Shown here in pieces: positions 53,221 through 63,822 of a DNA stretch of 64,000 nt (position 1 is the stretch's first letter; the number at the start of each line of letters is the position of its first letter). This stretch comes from an uncultured delta proteobacterium (GTDB lineage: Bacteria > Desulfobacterota > Binatia > UBA9968), in contig CAWJBB010000041.1 of the NCBI GenBank assembly GCA_963840855.1, positions 192,001-256,000 of the forward strand. Reading direction: 5' to 3'. The notes beneath the pieces were generated by a model that saw only the letters and a program-made list of their open reading frames with translations, did no database searches and was not told the DNA's origin. Position numbers and translations under genes: made by a program.

Positions 53221-53911
53221 CGAATTTGTAGCCCACCCCTCGGAGGGTTAAAATCCATTTGGGATGGCTGTCGTCCTTTTCGATCGCCTTTCGCAAGCGC
53301 CGGATATGAACGTCGACGGTCCGGGGCGTCACGTAGGTCTCGCCACCCCAAACCCGGTCGAGCAGTTGGTCGCGGCTCAGCACCCGGTTGGGATTTTGCG
53401 CCAGAAAGCGCAATAGTTCAAACTCCTTGAGCGTTAGCTTGATGGTTTTTCCTCGGGCGAAAACCTCGTAGGTCGTGAAATCGATGCGCAGCGGCCCTTT
53501 TTCGTACGACGGCGGGCTATCCGCGGCGGCAGCGCTTTCTGACCTCCTGAGTATCGCGCGCACCCGCGCCACCATTTCACGCGGGCTGAAGGGTTTCGCC
53601 AGGTAGTCGTCTGCGCCCATCTCCAAGCCGATGACTTTGTCGGCCTCGCCAGCCTTGGCGGTGAGCATCAGGATCGGCAGGTGCGCCGTGTCTTGGCGGT
53701 CGCGCAAGAGCTTGCAAAGCTCCATTCCGGACATACCGGGAAGCATGAGATCGAGAATTATCAGATTCGGTCTGGCGCGCTGGAGTAGTTTTAGAGCTTG
53801 CTCGCTATCTTCGGCCTCGATCACTTTGTAGCGCTCTTGGACGAGATTGTATTGGAGGAGTTTGCGAATATCGGGCTCGTCTTCGACGACGAGAATCGTT
53901 GGATTGGCCAT
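53198..53911 (-). CDS. phoB: Phosphate regulon response regulator
   Basis: VEDE, LDLMLP, GADDY.AKPFS, RTVDVHIRRLR; located between phoU and phoR. Confidence 0.92.
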   Translation of the reverse strand: MANPTILVVEDEPDIRKLLQYNLVQERYKVIEAEDSEQALKLLQRARPNLIILDLMLPGMSGMELCKLLRDRQDTAHLPILMLTAKAGEADKVIGLEMGADDYLAKPFSPREMVARVRAILRRSESAAAADSPPSYEKGPLRIDFTTYEVFARGKTIKLTLKEFELLRFLAQNPNRVLSRDQLLDRVWGGETYVTPRTVDVHIRRLRKAIEKDDSHPKWILTLRGVGYKFDEKALEQ

Positions 53912-53920
53912 ATGTGAAAA

Positions 53921-54613
53921 CTAAACGGTGGGCGGAAGCTCCTTGAGATGGCGAATGCTTTTACCCTTGACCATGAAAATGACCATTTCGGCGATATTCG
54001 TCGCGTGATCGGCGATGCGCTCGAGGTACTTCGAGATCGAGCTGATCTTGATCGCCCGGTTGATGGTGTGCGGGTCGTCGATCATGAAGGTCACCACTTC
54101 GCGAAAGATCTGACTGTTCAATTGATCGACCTCTTCGTCGTCCTTGCAGACTTTGAGCGCCAGATCGGTGTCCTCGCGCACGAAAGCATCGAGGCTCTCG
54201 CGTATCATCCGCTGCGCTACGCGCGCCATGCGCGGGATGTCGATGTAGGGTTTCAACTGCGGTTCCTGGTTCAGCTCCAGGGCGCGCTCGCAGATATTCA
54301 CCGCCATATCGCCGATACGCTCGAGATCGGTCGTAATCTTGAGTCCGGTGGTGATGAATCGGAGATCCCGTCCGGCCGGTTGATGCAAAGCCAGAAGGCG
54401 GACACATATATCGTCAATATCGACGTCGAGACGGTTCACTTCGTGATCCCGCTCGATAATCAGTTCGGCCAGCTTCGAATCCCGCTCGACCAGAGACTTG
54501 ATCGACTTCTGAATCTGGTCTTCGACCATCCCGCCCATGTAGAGGATCTCTTCCCGAAGCTTCTTAAGTTCTTCTTCGTATCTTTTATCGGTATGTTCCA
54601 TTGACGTGGACAT
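53921..54613 (-). CDS. phoU: Phosphate signalling protein PhoU
   Basis: QPAGRDLR, DLERIGD, LERIADHATNIAE. Confidence 0.96.
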   Translation of the reverse strand: MSTSMEHTDKRYEEELKKLREEILYMGGMVEDQIQKSIKSLVERDSKLAELIIERDHEVNRLDVDIDDICVRLLALHQPAGRDLRFITTGLKITTDLERIGDMAVNICERALELNQEPQLKPYIDIPRMARVAQRMIRESLDAFVREDTDLALKVCKDDEEVDQLNSQIFREVVTFMIDDPHTINRAIKISSISKYLERIADHATNIAEMVIFMVKGKSIRHLKELPPTV

Positions 54614-54624
54614 GAGGTTTCTCC

Positions 54625-55476
54625 TTAACCGAAACGACCGGTGATGTAGTCTTCGGTTTGGCGCTTCTCCGGCGCGGTGAAAAGGGTTCCGGTCTCTCCG
54701 AATTCTATCAATTCGCCGAGATAGAAAAAAGCCGTATAGTCCGAGACCCGGGCGGCCTGCTGCATGTTATGGGTCACGATGACGATGGTGAAAGTGTTCT
54801 TGAGTTCATGGATCAATTCTTCGATCTTGGCGGTGGAAATCGGGTCGAGGGCGGAACAGGGCTCGTCCATGAGCAATACTTCGGGTTCAACGGCAAGAGC
54901 CCGGGCAATACAAAGGCGCTGCTGCTGCCCGCCGGACAAATCAACCGCGCTCTTGTGCAGGTTGTCTTTGACCTCGTCCCATATGGCGGCGCGGCGCAAG
55001 TTCTTTTCGACGACTTCGTCGAGGTAGCTTCGGTTATTCACGCCGACGATGCGCAATCCATAAACGATGTTCTCGTAGATACTCTTGGGGAAGGGGTTCC
55101 ATTTCTGAAAAATCATGCCGACGCGGCGGCGCAGATTGATGACATCCATGGACGGGTCGTAGATGTTTTTGCCGTCAAGGTTGATACTGCCGGTAACGCG
55201 GGTATTGAGCACGAGATCGTTCATGCGATTCAGGCAGCGCAGCAGGGTGGTCTTACCGCAACCGGAGGGACCGATGAAGGCGGTCGATTTCTTCTCGCCA
55301 ATCTCCAAATTGATGGATTTTAGCGCATGCTTCTCGCCATAGTAAAAATCGACGTTTTCAACGCTGAAAATATTCCTAACCGGCTCGCCGACTTTGGTTT
55401 TGATGACCGACGTGTCCATGGGTTTAATAGAAGGCCGGCTTGCAATGACGTCTGCCGCTGATTCGTGTACGCTCAT
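54625..55476 (-). CDS. pstB: Phosphate ABC transporter ATPase
   Basis: [45 protein letters not shown]. Confidence 0.96.
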   Translation of the reverse strand: MSVHESAADVIASRPSIKPMDTSVIKTKVGEPVRNIFSVENVDFYYGEKHALKSINLEIGEKKSTAFIGPSGCGKTTLLRCLNRMNDLVLNTRVTGSINLDGKNIYDPSMDVINLRRRVGMIFQKWNPFPKSIYENIVYGLRIVGVNNRSYLDEVVEKNLRRAAIWDEVKDNLHKSAVDLSGGQQQRLCIARALAVEPEVLLMDEPCSALDPISTAKIEELIHELKNTFTIVIVTHNMQQAARVSDYTAFFYLGELIEFGETGTLFTAPEKRQTEDYITGRFG

Positions 55477-55518
55477 CTTACCTCCATTAGGTATATTTGT
55501 CATTGGAGATCCTTGGCG

Positions 55519-56443
55519 CTACCATTTGATGCGTTTTCGGAAACGATAGCGGAAATAGATCGCGATACCGTTCATCACCAAGGTCATAACCATCAGCACC
55601 AAGCCCGTGGCCGCCGCGTTGAGGTGGAATTCGGCTTGGGGCCGCGAAACCCAGTTAAACATTTGAATTGGCATAACTGAAAATGGCGACCACAGCCATT
55701 CAAAAGAGATAAAAGGAAACTCGGCTTTGATCGGAGCGTCGGGCAGGAATGCGATAAAAGTAAGGGCGCCGATGGTGATCAGCGGCGCGGTTTCCCCGAT
55801 GGCGCGCGAGAAGCCCGATAATGACGCCGGTCAAGATGCCGCCCATCGAATAGGGCAACACATGATCGCTGGTGGTTTGCCATTTGGTCGCGCCGAGGGC
55901 GTAAGCTGCTTCTCTCATGCTGCCGGGAACGGCGCGGATGGATTCGCGGGTGGCGACGATGACGATCGGCAAAATCAGCAGCGCCAAGCGTGAGCCCCGC
56001 TGAGAGCACGCTCTGTCCGAATCTGAACTGATAAACAAACAATCCCAGTGCCATCAAGCCGTAAACAATGGACGGCACGCCCGCCAGGTTGGCGATATTG
56101 ATTTCGATGATCGCGGTGAACCAGTTTTTCGGAGCGTATTCCTCCAGGTAAACGCCGGCGCCGACGCCGATTGGAATAGCCGCCAGGGCGGTCACGATCA
56201 TGACGAGAATCGTGCCCACCCAGGAGGAGAGAATGCCCGCTTGGCCGGCAAAACGGGACGGAAACGACGTAAAGAAATGCGGCTGCAGACGCGCCAGCCC
56301 GTCGATGGCGAGGTCAGAAAGCAAGGTGGCCAAGGTGAGCATACCGATGAGGGTCGAGATCAAGCCGACACGGCAAATAGCTTGTCCCGATTCTTATTGC
56401 CGGCGACGCTTTTTTCAATGTCGGATGGAGACGGCTTCTGCAT
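55519..56443 (-). CDS. pstA: Phosphate ABC transporter permease PstA (several frameshifts)
   Basis: [29 protein letters not shown] across frames. Confidence 0.88.
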
Positions 56444-56444
56444 A

Positions 56445-57401
56445 TCAGTAAATCTCCCTGAAGCGCTTTCGAAGCAAGTAACCGCCGATGTTGAAAATCA
56501 GAGTCATGCACATCAAGGTCAAACCCGCGGCAAAAATACTTTGATAGGCGATGCTGCCGTGGGGCAAATCGCCCAAGCTCACTTGCACGATATAGGCAGT
56601 GATCGTCGCGGCGCCTTCCATCGGATTCAGCGTCAGATTGGGCTGGGTGCCGGCAGCGAGGGCAACCACCATGGTTTCGCCGACCGCCCGGGAGAACCCC
56701 AGCACGTAGGCGGAGGCGATGCCGGAAAATGCCGCGGGCACCAGCACGCGAAGCGCCGTCTGCAGCCGCGTCGCGCCCATGGCATAGGAGCCTTCGCGAA
56801 TATGCACCGGGACGGCCTTCATCGCGTCTTCGCTGAGCGAGCTGACATAGGGATGATCATGATGCCGATGACGATGCCGGCGCTCAGCATGTTGAAGCCC
56901 GGCAGATTCGGGCATACAGACTCTGAAGCAGAGGCGTGATGCAACAGCAGCGCAAAATAGCCGAAAACAACCGTCGGCACAGCGCTCAACAGCTCTAGGA
57001 TCGGTTTCAATACTTCACGAACCGTGGTGTTGGCGTATTCACTCAAATAGATGGCAATGGTAGTTCCCAGCGGCAACGCCACCAGCAGAGCGATCGCCCG
57101 AGGTCACAAGGGTGCCAGTCACCAACGGCAAGATGCCATAGCGCGGGTTCTCGAACAGAACCGTCCACTGCGTGTCGGTGAGAAAATCAATGATCGATAC
57201 GTTCTCAAAAAAATGCCAGGACTCAGAGATCAAGAACCCAGACGATGCCCAGCGGTAATCGCGACTGAGAAAACGAGCACAGAGGAACATGCAACACTCG
57301 ATGACTCGCTCGCGAATCTTTTGGAGAGTTAGCCCGGAGCCACGGGCTTTGACTTGGCTTTGTAAAGCGACATAAGCAGCGTCGGCTTGATTTGTCTTCA
57401 C
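56445..57401 (-). CDS. pstC: Phosphate ABC transporter permease PstC (several frameshifts)
   Basis: [41 protein letters not shown] across frames. Confidence 0.88.
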
Positions 57402-57501
57402 ATCGTCTTTTCCTCTCTGACCTGATGTGGATCGGAGCGCTCGGCGGAAACGCGAGACGGGGCGCCGGAGTGCGCCCCGTCGCGTCGATCATTGACACCA
57501 G

Positions 57502-58493
57502 CTAGAGTTTCGGCTCTCGCTTCAGAAGTCTTCGATGGTGACTCCGACTTCCGCGCTTGCCGCCGAATGCCGTTCCGACTTTGCCGCTTTTTCACGTGAC
57601 TCGCGCCCAAGCGTATAGGCTTTATCTGCGGTAGCGGCACGTATTTGACTTCCCTGACCAGCTTCGGAGCGTGCTTGAGATAGTACTCCACAAACTCTTT
57701 AACCTCTGGCTTTGCCAAGGACTTCTTGCTCACATAAATATAGATCGGCCGGGAAAGCGGTTGATAAGTGCCATCGAGCACAGTCTTTTCCGACGGGCCG
57801 ACGGGACCTTTGCCGTTATCGATCGCGACGGCTTTGAGCTTACCCTTGTTCTCAGCATAGTAGGCGAAGCCGAAAAATCCCAAGGCATTGTGGTCGTTCG
57901 CAACGCCTTGAACCAGGACGTTATCATCCTCGCTCGCCGTAAAATCGCCGCGGCTGGATTTCGCTTTCCCAGCGATGGCTTCGGTGAAGTAGTCAAAGGT
58001 TCCGGAGTCGGCTCCGGCGCCGAAGAGCTTCAACGGGCGTCGGGCCAACTGGCTCGAACTTGATTCCATTTAGTGACTTTCCCCTGCGCGGCGGGCTCCC
58101 ACATTTTCTTGAGTTCAGCCACGGTCAGAGATTGAGGACCACTCGTTTTTGGGGTTGACGATTACGGTGAGGGCATCGAAAGCGACCGGCAGTTCGATGT
58201 ATTCAATGCCGGCGCCTTTGCACGCCTCCATCTCCTGTTTCAAGATGGGCCGAGATGCGTTGCTGATATCGGTTTCGCCGCGGCAGAATTTCTTAAAGCC
58301 GCCGCCCGTACCCGCGATACCCACGGTTACCTTGATCTTGCCCTTCTTCGCTTTCTGGAACTCTTCGGCAACGGCCTCGGTGACCGGAAACACCGTGCTC
58401 GAACCGTCGATTTGAATCAATTTGCGCCTGGGCAGCTCGCTCGACAAACACGAAAAGACCGAGCAGGCTGAGAATTAACAATATTTTCTTCAT
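57502..58493 (-). CDS. pstS: Phosphate-binding protein PstS (several frameshifts)
   Basis: Signal peptide; [40 protein letters not shown]. Confidence 0.9.
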
Positions 58494-58526
58494 AGTTTCC
58501 TCCTGTTATGAGCTTTAGCGATCTAT

Positions 58527-58565
58527 CATTACGATCTGGTTACAACCATGTTAAACAGCTATTAA
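58527..58565 (-). promoter_or_regulatory. Pho-box array proximal to pstS
   Basis: CATTAC, GGTTAC, TGTTAA, TATTAA at 58527, 58538, 58549, 58560 (11-bp period). Confidence 0.72.
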
Positions 58566-58663
58566 TTCCCGCATGGGCTTCTGCAACGTGATCTCGGCTT
58601 ATGCTTTCGGGAGGCCATCAGGGTTCGTATTTGCTTGATTTGACGAGAAACTTAGAGGACTTG

Positions 58664-58702
58664 GGTAAAGCCTGCGTAAAGTCAATGTAAAAAATATGTT
58701 AA
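58664..58702 (-). promoter_or_regulatory. Second Pho-box array in the pstS/kinase divergent region
   Basis: GGTAAA, CGTAAA, TGTAAA, TGTTAA at 58664, 58675, 58686, 58697. Confidence 0.68.
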
Positions 58703-58739
58703 GGGCGATGCTGGGCTTGGCTTCGAAGGTTGCTGGTCT

Positions 58740-58756
58740 GTAACACAAACTTAACA
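58740..58756 (+). promoter_or_regulatory. Pho box oriented towards the kinase pair
   Basis: GTAACA (58740) and TTAACA (58751), 11 bp apart, on the + strand. Confidence 0.6.
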
Positions 58757-58840
58757 ATGTAGTGGTTCAGTTCAGACTCTGCCTTTGATAGGTTCACCCG
58801 GCGGGTCGGAACAGCTCAAGCGGAAATACGGAGAAACGCT

Positions 58841-59575
58841 ATGGCCGGCGGCATGAAAATGTACGGCAAGCATCGCTTCCCGGGAAGACTTTTTATCGTC
58901 GAGGGCATCGACGGGTCAGGCAAGAGCACGCAGCTGATGCTGCTGCAAAAATGGCTCGAGTCCGAGGGCTATGTCGTTTACTTCAGCGAATGGAATTCCT
59001 CCCCCCTCGTCCGCGACGTCACCAAGCGCGGCAAGAAAAAGCAGATGCTCACGCCGATGACTTTCAGTCTGATCCACGCCACCGATTTTGCCGACCGCAC
59101 CGAACACGATATCATTCCGCCCCTCAAGGCGGGCGCGGTGGTCTTGGCGGACCGCTATATTTATACCGCCTTCGCCCGCGACGTCGTGCGTGGGGTCAGT
59201 CCCAGTTGGGTGAGAGGGCTGTACGATTTCGCGGTTAAGCCCACCGTGTCGTTCTATTTCCGCGCGCCCTTAGACGTGGCGATGAAGCGGATTCTCGGTG
59301 GGCGGGACGCGATCAAGTATTACGAAGCCGGAATGGATCTCGGACTGAGCGACGACATCGAAGAGTGTTTCGAGCTTTTTCAAGGTAAGATCATCGAGGA
59401 ATATGAAAAAATGGTCGATGAGTTCGGCCTAGTGCCCATCGACGCGACGCGTTCCATTGAAGAGCAGCAAGCCGAAGTGAGACGGATCGTGATGCAGGCG
59501 CTGGAAGGTACCAAGAAAACGAGGATTCGCAAATGGCTCGATTTGGCTTCTTTGGCGAAGGACTCCCGGGCATAG
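58841..59575 (+). CDS. Thymidylate-kinase-fold P-loop kinase, subunit A
   Basis: VEGIDGSGKST, LADRY; EWNSS where canonical Tmk has REPG. Confidence 0.85.
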   Translation: MAGGMKMYGKHRFPGRLFIVEGIDGSGKSTQLMLLQKWLESEGYVVYFSEWNSSPLVRDVTKRGKKKQMLTPMTFSLIHATDFADRTEHDIIPPLKAGAVVLADRYIYTAFARDVVRGVSPSWVRGLYDFAVKPTVSFYFRAPLDVAMKRILGGRDAIKYYEAGMDLGLSDDIEECFELFQGKIIEEYEKMVDEFGLVPIDATRSIEEQQAEVRRIVMQALEGTKKTRIRKWLDLASLAKDSRA

Positions 59576-60234
59576 ACCTCGAAGAGCTGAAAGGAAAGCT
59601 CATCGTCCTCGAGGGAACCGACGGGGTGGGGCGGTCGACGCATATCGGCTTATTAAAACAGTGGCTGGAGAACAACGGCCACGCCGTGTTGGACACCGGC
59701 ATGACCCGCTCCCCTTTGGCCGGCAAGCGGCTCAAACAGGCGAAGGAAGGCCACACTCTGGGCGGCATCACGATGAGCCTGTTTTACGCCACCGATTTCG
59801 CCGACCGTCTGGAAAACGAAATCATCCCCGCGTTGCGGGCGGGTTTCATCGTGCTTACGGACCGTTATATTTATTCCCTGATGGCCCGCGCCGTCGTGCG
59901 CGGGGCCGACCCGGAGTGGTTGCGCGAAGTCTACGGTTTCGCGCTCAAGCCGGATGCGATTTTTTATTTGCGCGTCAATATCGACGATCTGGTGACCAGG
60001 GTTTTGCAAAGCACGGGGTTCAATTACTGGGAGTCCGGCATGGATCTCCGTATGGGCGAGGACTTGTACGAGAGCTTCGTGCGTTACCAGCGCTGGCTGC
60101 TCGGCGAGTTCGACAAGATGGTGGAAACCTACGGCTTCGACATCGTCGACGCTTCGGGCACCGTCGAGGAGGTGTTTCCGCGCCTGCGCGACCGTATCCA
60201 GAGGATCGTCGAACGCAACGGCCATGCGCAATGA
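59533..60234 (+). CDS. Thymidylate-kinase-fold protein, subunit B (P-loop Lys replaced by Arg)
   Basis: LEGTDGVGRST, LTDRY, YWESGMDL; overlaps subunit A by 43 bp. Confidence 0.85.
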   Translation: MARFGFFGEGLPGIDLEELKGKLIVLEGTDGVGRSTHIGLLKQWLENNGHAVLDTGMTRSPLAGKRLKQAKEGHTLGGITMSLFYATDFADRLENEIIPALRAGFIVLTDRYIYSLMARAVVRGADPEWLREVYGFALKPDAIFYLRVNIDDLVTRVLQSTGFNYWESGMDLRMGEDLYESFVRYQRWLLGEFDKMVETYGFDIVDASGTVEEVFPRLRDRIQRIVERNGHAQ

Positions 60235-60237
60235 TTC

Positions 60238-61206
60238 TTAGTCTTGCCCCACCGCTTCCACCGGATTTTCATCCCCCGCGATTGTGAATTCGGTTTCACC
60301 GAACGCGCGCGAGGTTTTTTCCGCGTGTTTCACCAGGCCGTCGATGCTGGCATTGGCGCGGCGCTGTTCACGCTCCATTTCCACGAGCAACGCCCGCGCC
60401 AGGCCAGGATGGGTGGCTAAGAAATCTTTTCGGCTCAGAAACTCCGCGCAGGTGTCCAAGAGAACCTGGCGGTCGTGCCACGAGCCTAATTGATCCTGCA
60501 GCAAGCGCAAGGATTTCACCCGCGCTTTTGCTGGCCCGTCGCCTAACTCGGCGAGAAGCTCGACCCGGTAGCGCAGCCGCTTGCCGGCGATGCGCAGCGC
60601 GTGCACTTCCTTCGGCTCTGGCCGCGCTTTGGCCGTGGCGATGGCATCCCGCCAATCGGCCAGCGCCCCGGCCACGCTCTTTTTCAGGCTGTCCTCCAGC
60701 GCTTCAGCGCCGCTGTCAATTAGGACGCGCGCGCGGTCGGCGAAGTTCACGAGGTCGAAGCCGCGGAGCTTTTCCCGGCTGCGCTCGACGGCACGGGCGC
60801 GCCGGTTCCCGAGCTGGGCTCGCAGCTGGTCCCAGGCATCCCGCACCACGGGATTACTGGCAGCAGCGATTTTTTCTTGCACCAGTTCGGTCATGACATC
60901 CAGATTGCGCGGCCGACCCAGGATCTTGCGGATACTGCGCAACGCGCGCATGAGCTTGCGCGGCTTATTTTTTTTCGTGGATTGCGACGCGAGCATGCTG
61001 AGAATCTGCTGCAAGCGCCGGCTCCATACCCGCACATCGTGAATCATTTTAGCATCGTCGGTCACAATGACACGGGGCATGAGAGCGGCGAATTTTTCCA
61101 GCCGTTTGCGGCCCAACGCGGATAATTTCCCGTTCGTCGCGGTTGGCGGCGGGTCCGCTGAGTTTGCTTCGTCTGTTGTTGAGTTCGGGGAAGTCGCGGC
61201 ATTCAT
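60238..61206 (-). CDS. CHAD domain (polyphosphate-binding) protein
   Basis: IHDVRVWSRRL, LGRPRNLDV, HALRIAGKRLRY, LQDQLGSWHD. Confidence 0.9.
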   Translation of the reverse strand: MNAATSPNSTTDEANSADPPPTATNGKLSALGRKRLEKFAALMPRVIVTDDAKMIHDVRVWSRRLQQILSMLASQSTKKNKPRKLMRALRSIRKILGRPRNLDVMTELVQEKIAAASNPVVRDAWDQLRAQLGNRRARAVERSREKLRGFDLVNFADRARVLIDSGAEALEDSLKKSVAGALADWRDAIATAKARPEPKEVHALRIAGKRLRYRVELLAELGDGPAKARVKSLRLLQDQLGSWHDRQVLLDTCAEFLSRKDFLATHPGLARALLVEMEREQRRANASIDGLVKHAEKTSRAFGETEFTIAGDENPVEAVGQD

Positions 61207-61211
61207 AAAGG

Positions 61212-61730
61212 TCACGATTTGGCGCCGCGTGTGCCCAGGAAACGGAGCTGTTTCGGCGCCAGCAAGGCGCGGAGCGTCCCAGGACTGCGGGGTGGCAAGG
61301 AATCGATCTCGATGTGGCAAAGACCGCCCTTTTTGAGAGCGATCTCGAGGGCGACCGTTTTCTTGCCCGTGACAAGGAAAGCCGCGGTGCCGCTTAGCAA
61401 CGGCTCATGTCCCACAAGTAGCAGGTGCTTGCAGTGTTGGTAGTCGCTCAGGCTGGCGAGCAATTCCTCCACCGAGCAGTTCGGTTGGAGCCCCTCCACC
61501 ACCGTCAATTGGGATTCTAGACCCAGCGCCTCGGCGACGATGTCGGCGGTCTGGCGCGCCCGCGCTAGGGGACTCGTCAAAATGGCGTCGAAGTCGAGGC
61601 CGAGACGGCGCAAGCCGCGCACCGCCTTGCGCATTCTTTTAGTACCTTTTGCCGTGAGCGGCCGCTCGCCGTCCGGTGCCGTTTCTTCGGCACTTACCGC
61701 GATGCCGTGACGCAAGAGATATATGTTCAT
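61212..61730 (-). CDS. sixA: Phosphohistidine phosphatase SixA
   Basis: YLLRHG, RPLT, TSPLARARQTA, LVGHEP. Confidence 0.9.
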   Translation of the reverse strand: MNIYLLRHGIAVSAEETAPDGERPLTAKGTKRMRKAVRGLRRLGLDFDAILTSPLARARQTADIVAEALGLESQLTVVEGLQPNCSVEELLASLSDYQHCKHLLLVGHEPLLSGTAAFLVTGKKTVALEIALKKGGLCHIEIDSLPPRSPGTLRALLAPKQLRFLGTRGAKS

Positions 61731-61772
61731 GGTTCGTCTTACCCGGCGCGGTGGTGGCACCCCAGACGCGGA

Positions 61773-62213
61773 TCAGGTGAGGTTGCGCCAGTAGTCCATA
61801 AACAAAGCGAACACTCTCTTGTTAATTTCATCACGTTCTTCGCGCAGGGTCGATAGGCCGGCCAAATCATTGTTTTGTGCCGCCCTGGAACTCGCAATGG
61901 CCCATTGTTTCACCTTGGCTCTGGCTGGCAGGGTGGCGCATTTCTTGTCAGCGCCGGCGAAGCTTACGATCAGGTCGATTTCATCTAACGGCACCTGGTC
62001 AACGCTTTTGGAATTTTGCGTCGACATGTTGATGCCGAGCTCTTGCATGACTTTGCGCACGGGCACGGGAATGTTGCCGGGGGTGACGCCGGCGCTGAAG
62101 ACGCGCACTTTGGGTGGCCCCAAGTGCTTCGCCACCGCTTCAGCCATCTGGCTCAAACGGGCGTTGTCCTGGTCCAGAAATAAGACGTTTCTCTGGCGAA
62201 TCTCGCGGCGCAT
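61773..62213 (-). CDS. ArsC/LMW-PTP-fold protein lacking the catalytic CX5R motif
   Basis: VLFLDQDNARLSQMAEA, FSAG, MQELGI...QNSKS, RDEI. Confidence 0.82.
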   Translation of the reverse strand: MRREIRQRNVLFLDQDNARLSQMAEAVAKHLGPPKVRVFSAGVTPGNIPVPVRKVMQELGINMSTQNSKSVDQVPLDEIDLIVSFAGADKKCATLPARAKVKQWAIASSRAAQNNDLAGLSTLREERDEINKRVFALFMDYWRNLT

Positions 62214-62230
62214 GGAATACCTCCTGTGAA

Positions 62231-63778
62231 TTACCGAGTTGCGCTGTTTTTGGACTTTTCAAAAGCAACGTCGATATTAAAAACTTCCTGCATCAAGCTA
62301 GCCTTTTTCGCCGCCCGTTGGAAGTGTTCTTTGAGATTGGCCGCGGCGGAGGCGGCGATGATCAGCTCCTTCGAGTTTTTCTGCGCGCAGCTTACCGCTT
62401 TAACCGTTTGGTCATGGGTGAAATCCAGAGAGTCGGCGACGCGCAGAATAGCGCTCAGCTTGCGTACGATCTGTTGTTGATCGGGATGCAACTGGCTGAA
62501 GGCCAGGTGTTTTTGGCTCGGATGCGCTTTGCGGTGATAGCGCGCGACATTGGCGATGAGATCGAGATCAGTTCTGCTGAAGGAATTCATCGCCGAGCTT
62601 TTGATCAGGTAGTATGAATGCTTGTGGTGCTTGGGGTAGGCGACGAATAAGCCGATGTCGTGCAGGGTGGCCGCCGCATGCAGGACACTCGCGAATTTTT
62701 CCGGCAACTGGTGCAGGTCGTGGAGTTGATAGAAGAGATTTAACGCGAGCTGGCTCACGTGCTCGGCGTGAGCGCGGTCATAGAGGTATTTCTGGCACAC
62801 CTGTTCGAGGGACTCAGCCCGCTCCGCCCCGGCGTGCCAGGGTTCGGCGGCCGAATAATGGCGCTGCAACAAGTCCACCATCAGGCCGTCGCGCAGACCG
62901 CGTCGGCTAACGAAGAGGTAATCCAGTCCGGCTGCCGTCATGATTTCATGGAGCACCAATCCACCGGCAACGATGATGTCGGCGCGCCTGGGATCGCCGC
63001 TGATCATCGACGCGCGTTCAGAGGCGGGCAAGCCTTTCAATAATTCAAGCAAAGCTTTAAGCCGCGACCGGCGCAGGATGGCAAGTGAATCGGGTTTCGT
63101 GTCGCCGCCGACCAGGGTATCGGTTTCGGCCAGAGCGGTAACCGTTCCGCCGCTGCCAAACGCCATGGTGAATTTTTCTTTTTCAATGCGGCGCACCACC
63201 GGCTTGAGTTTTTCCTGAACCAGCTCGCGTAAATTCTTGATCTCGCGGTTGCGCGGCGGGTCGGTGGCGAGAAAGGCTTCGGTCAAGCGCACCGCCCCGA
63301 GGGGCAGGCTGAACAGGCAAAAGAGCGTACTGGTATTGGCCACGGAAAACTCGACGCTGCCGCCGCCAATGTCGAGGAAGAGCCCCAGGGGCAAATGAAA
63401 ACGCAACCCGCTCATGATGCCGAGACTGATGAGACGGGCTTCGTCTTCTTCCGAAATCACGTCCAGTGGGATGCCGGACTTGCGCGCGCGGCGAACGAAA
63501 GCTTTGCCGTCGCGCGCTTCACGCAGGGCGCTGGTGCCTACGGCGCGAACGGATTTCACGCGGTAGCGGTCGGCCAACGCGCGAAAATCACCGAGAACTT
63601 TTAGTGCGGCATCGGCGGTGCGGGGATCGAGTTTCCCAGTGCGGAAAACATCATGGCCCAATCGCACGGGCTGGCGTTCCTGCTCCAGAACTCGATATTG
63701 CTTCGGATGGTCGACGGCGGCAATCTGCAGACGCATCGCGTTACTGCCGACGTCAACGACGGCGAAATGGTCCGGCAT
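62231..63778 (-). CDS. ppx: Ppx/GppA exopolyphosphatase with HD domain
   Basis: VDVGSNAMR, GTSALREA, EEDEARL, DIGGGSVE, GLRDG, LHDIG, HHKHSYY, ARYHRK. Confidence 0.93.
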   Translation of the reverse strand: MPDHFAVVDVGSNAMRLQIAAVDHPKQYRVLEQERQPVRLGHDVFRTGKLDPRTADAALKVLGDFRALADRYRVKSVRAVGTSALREARDGKAFVRRARKSGIPLDVISEEDEARLISLGIMSGLRFHLPLGLFLDIGGGSVEFSVANTSTLFCLFSLPLGAVRLTEAFLATDPPRNREIKNLRELVQEKLKPVVRRIEKEKFTMAFGSGGTVTALAETDTLVGGDTKPDSLAILRRSRLKALLELLKGLPASERASMISGDPRRADIIVAGGLVLHEIMTAAGLDYLFVSRRGLRDGLMVDLLQRHYSAAEPWHAGAERAESLEQVCQKYLYDRAHAEHVSQLALNLFYQLHDLHQLPEKFASVLHAAATLHDIGLFVAYPKHHKHSYYLIKSSAMNSFSRTDLDLIANVARYHRKAHPSQKHLAFSQLHPDQQQIVRKLSAILRVADSLDFTHDQTVKAVSCAQKNSKELIIAASAAANLKEHFQRAAKKASLMQEVFNIDVAFEKSKNSATR

Positions 63779-63822
63779 CGGCGGGTTTATACCATACTTT
63801 GCGCGCGGCCCGATCGCTCAAA

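Noticed and set aside
55519-58493. Multiple frameshifts in pstS, pstC and pstA (also int, the MBL hydrolase, DUF445, Bug and an amidohydrolase) read as pseudogenisation or programmed frameshifting
   Set aside because: Single-base indels are scattered across unrelated genes, some in homopolymers, while the encoded motifs remain intact. Sequencing or assembly error is the simpler explanation; polishing would decide.
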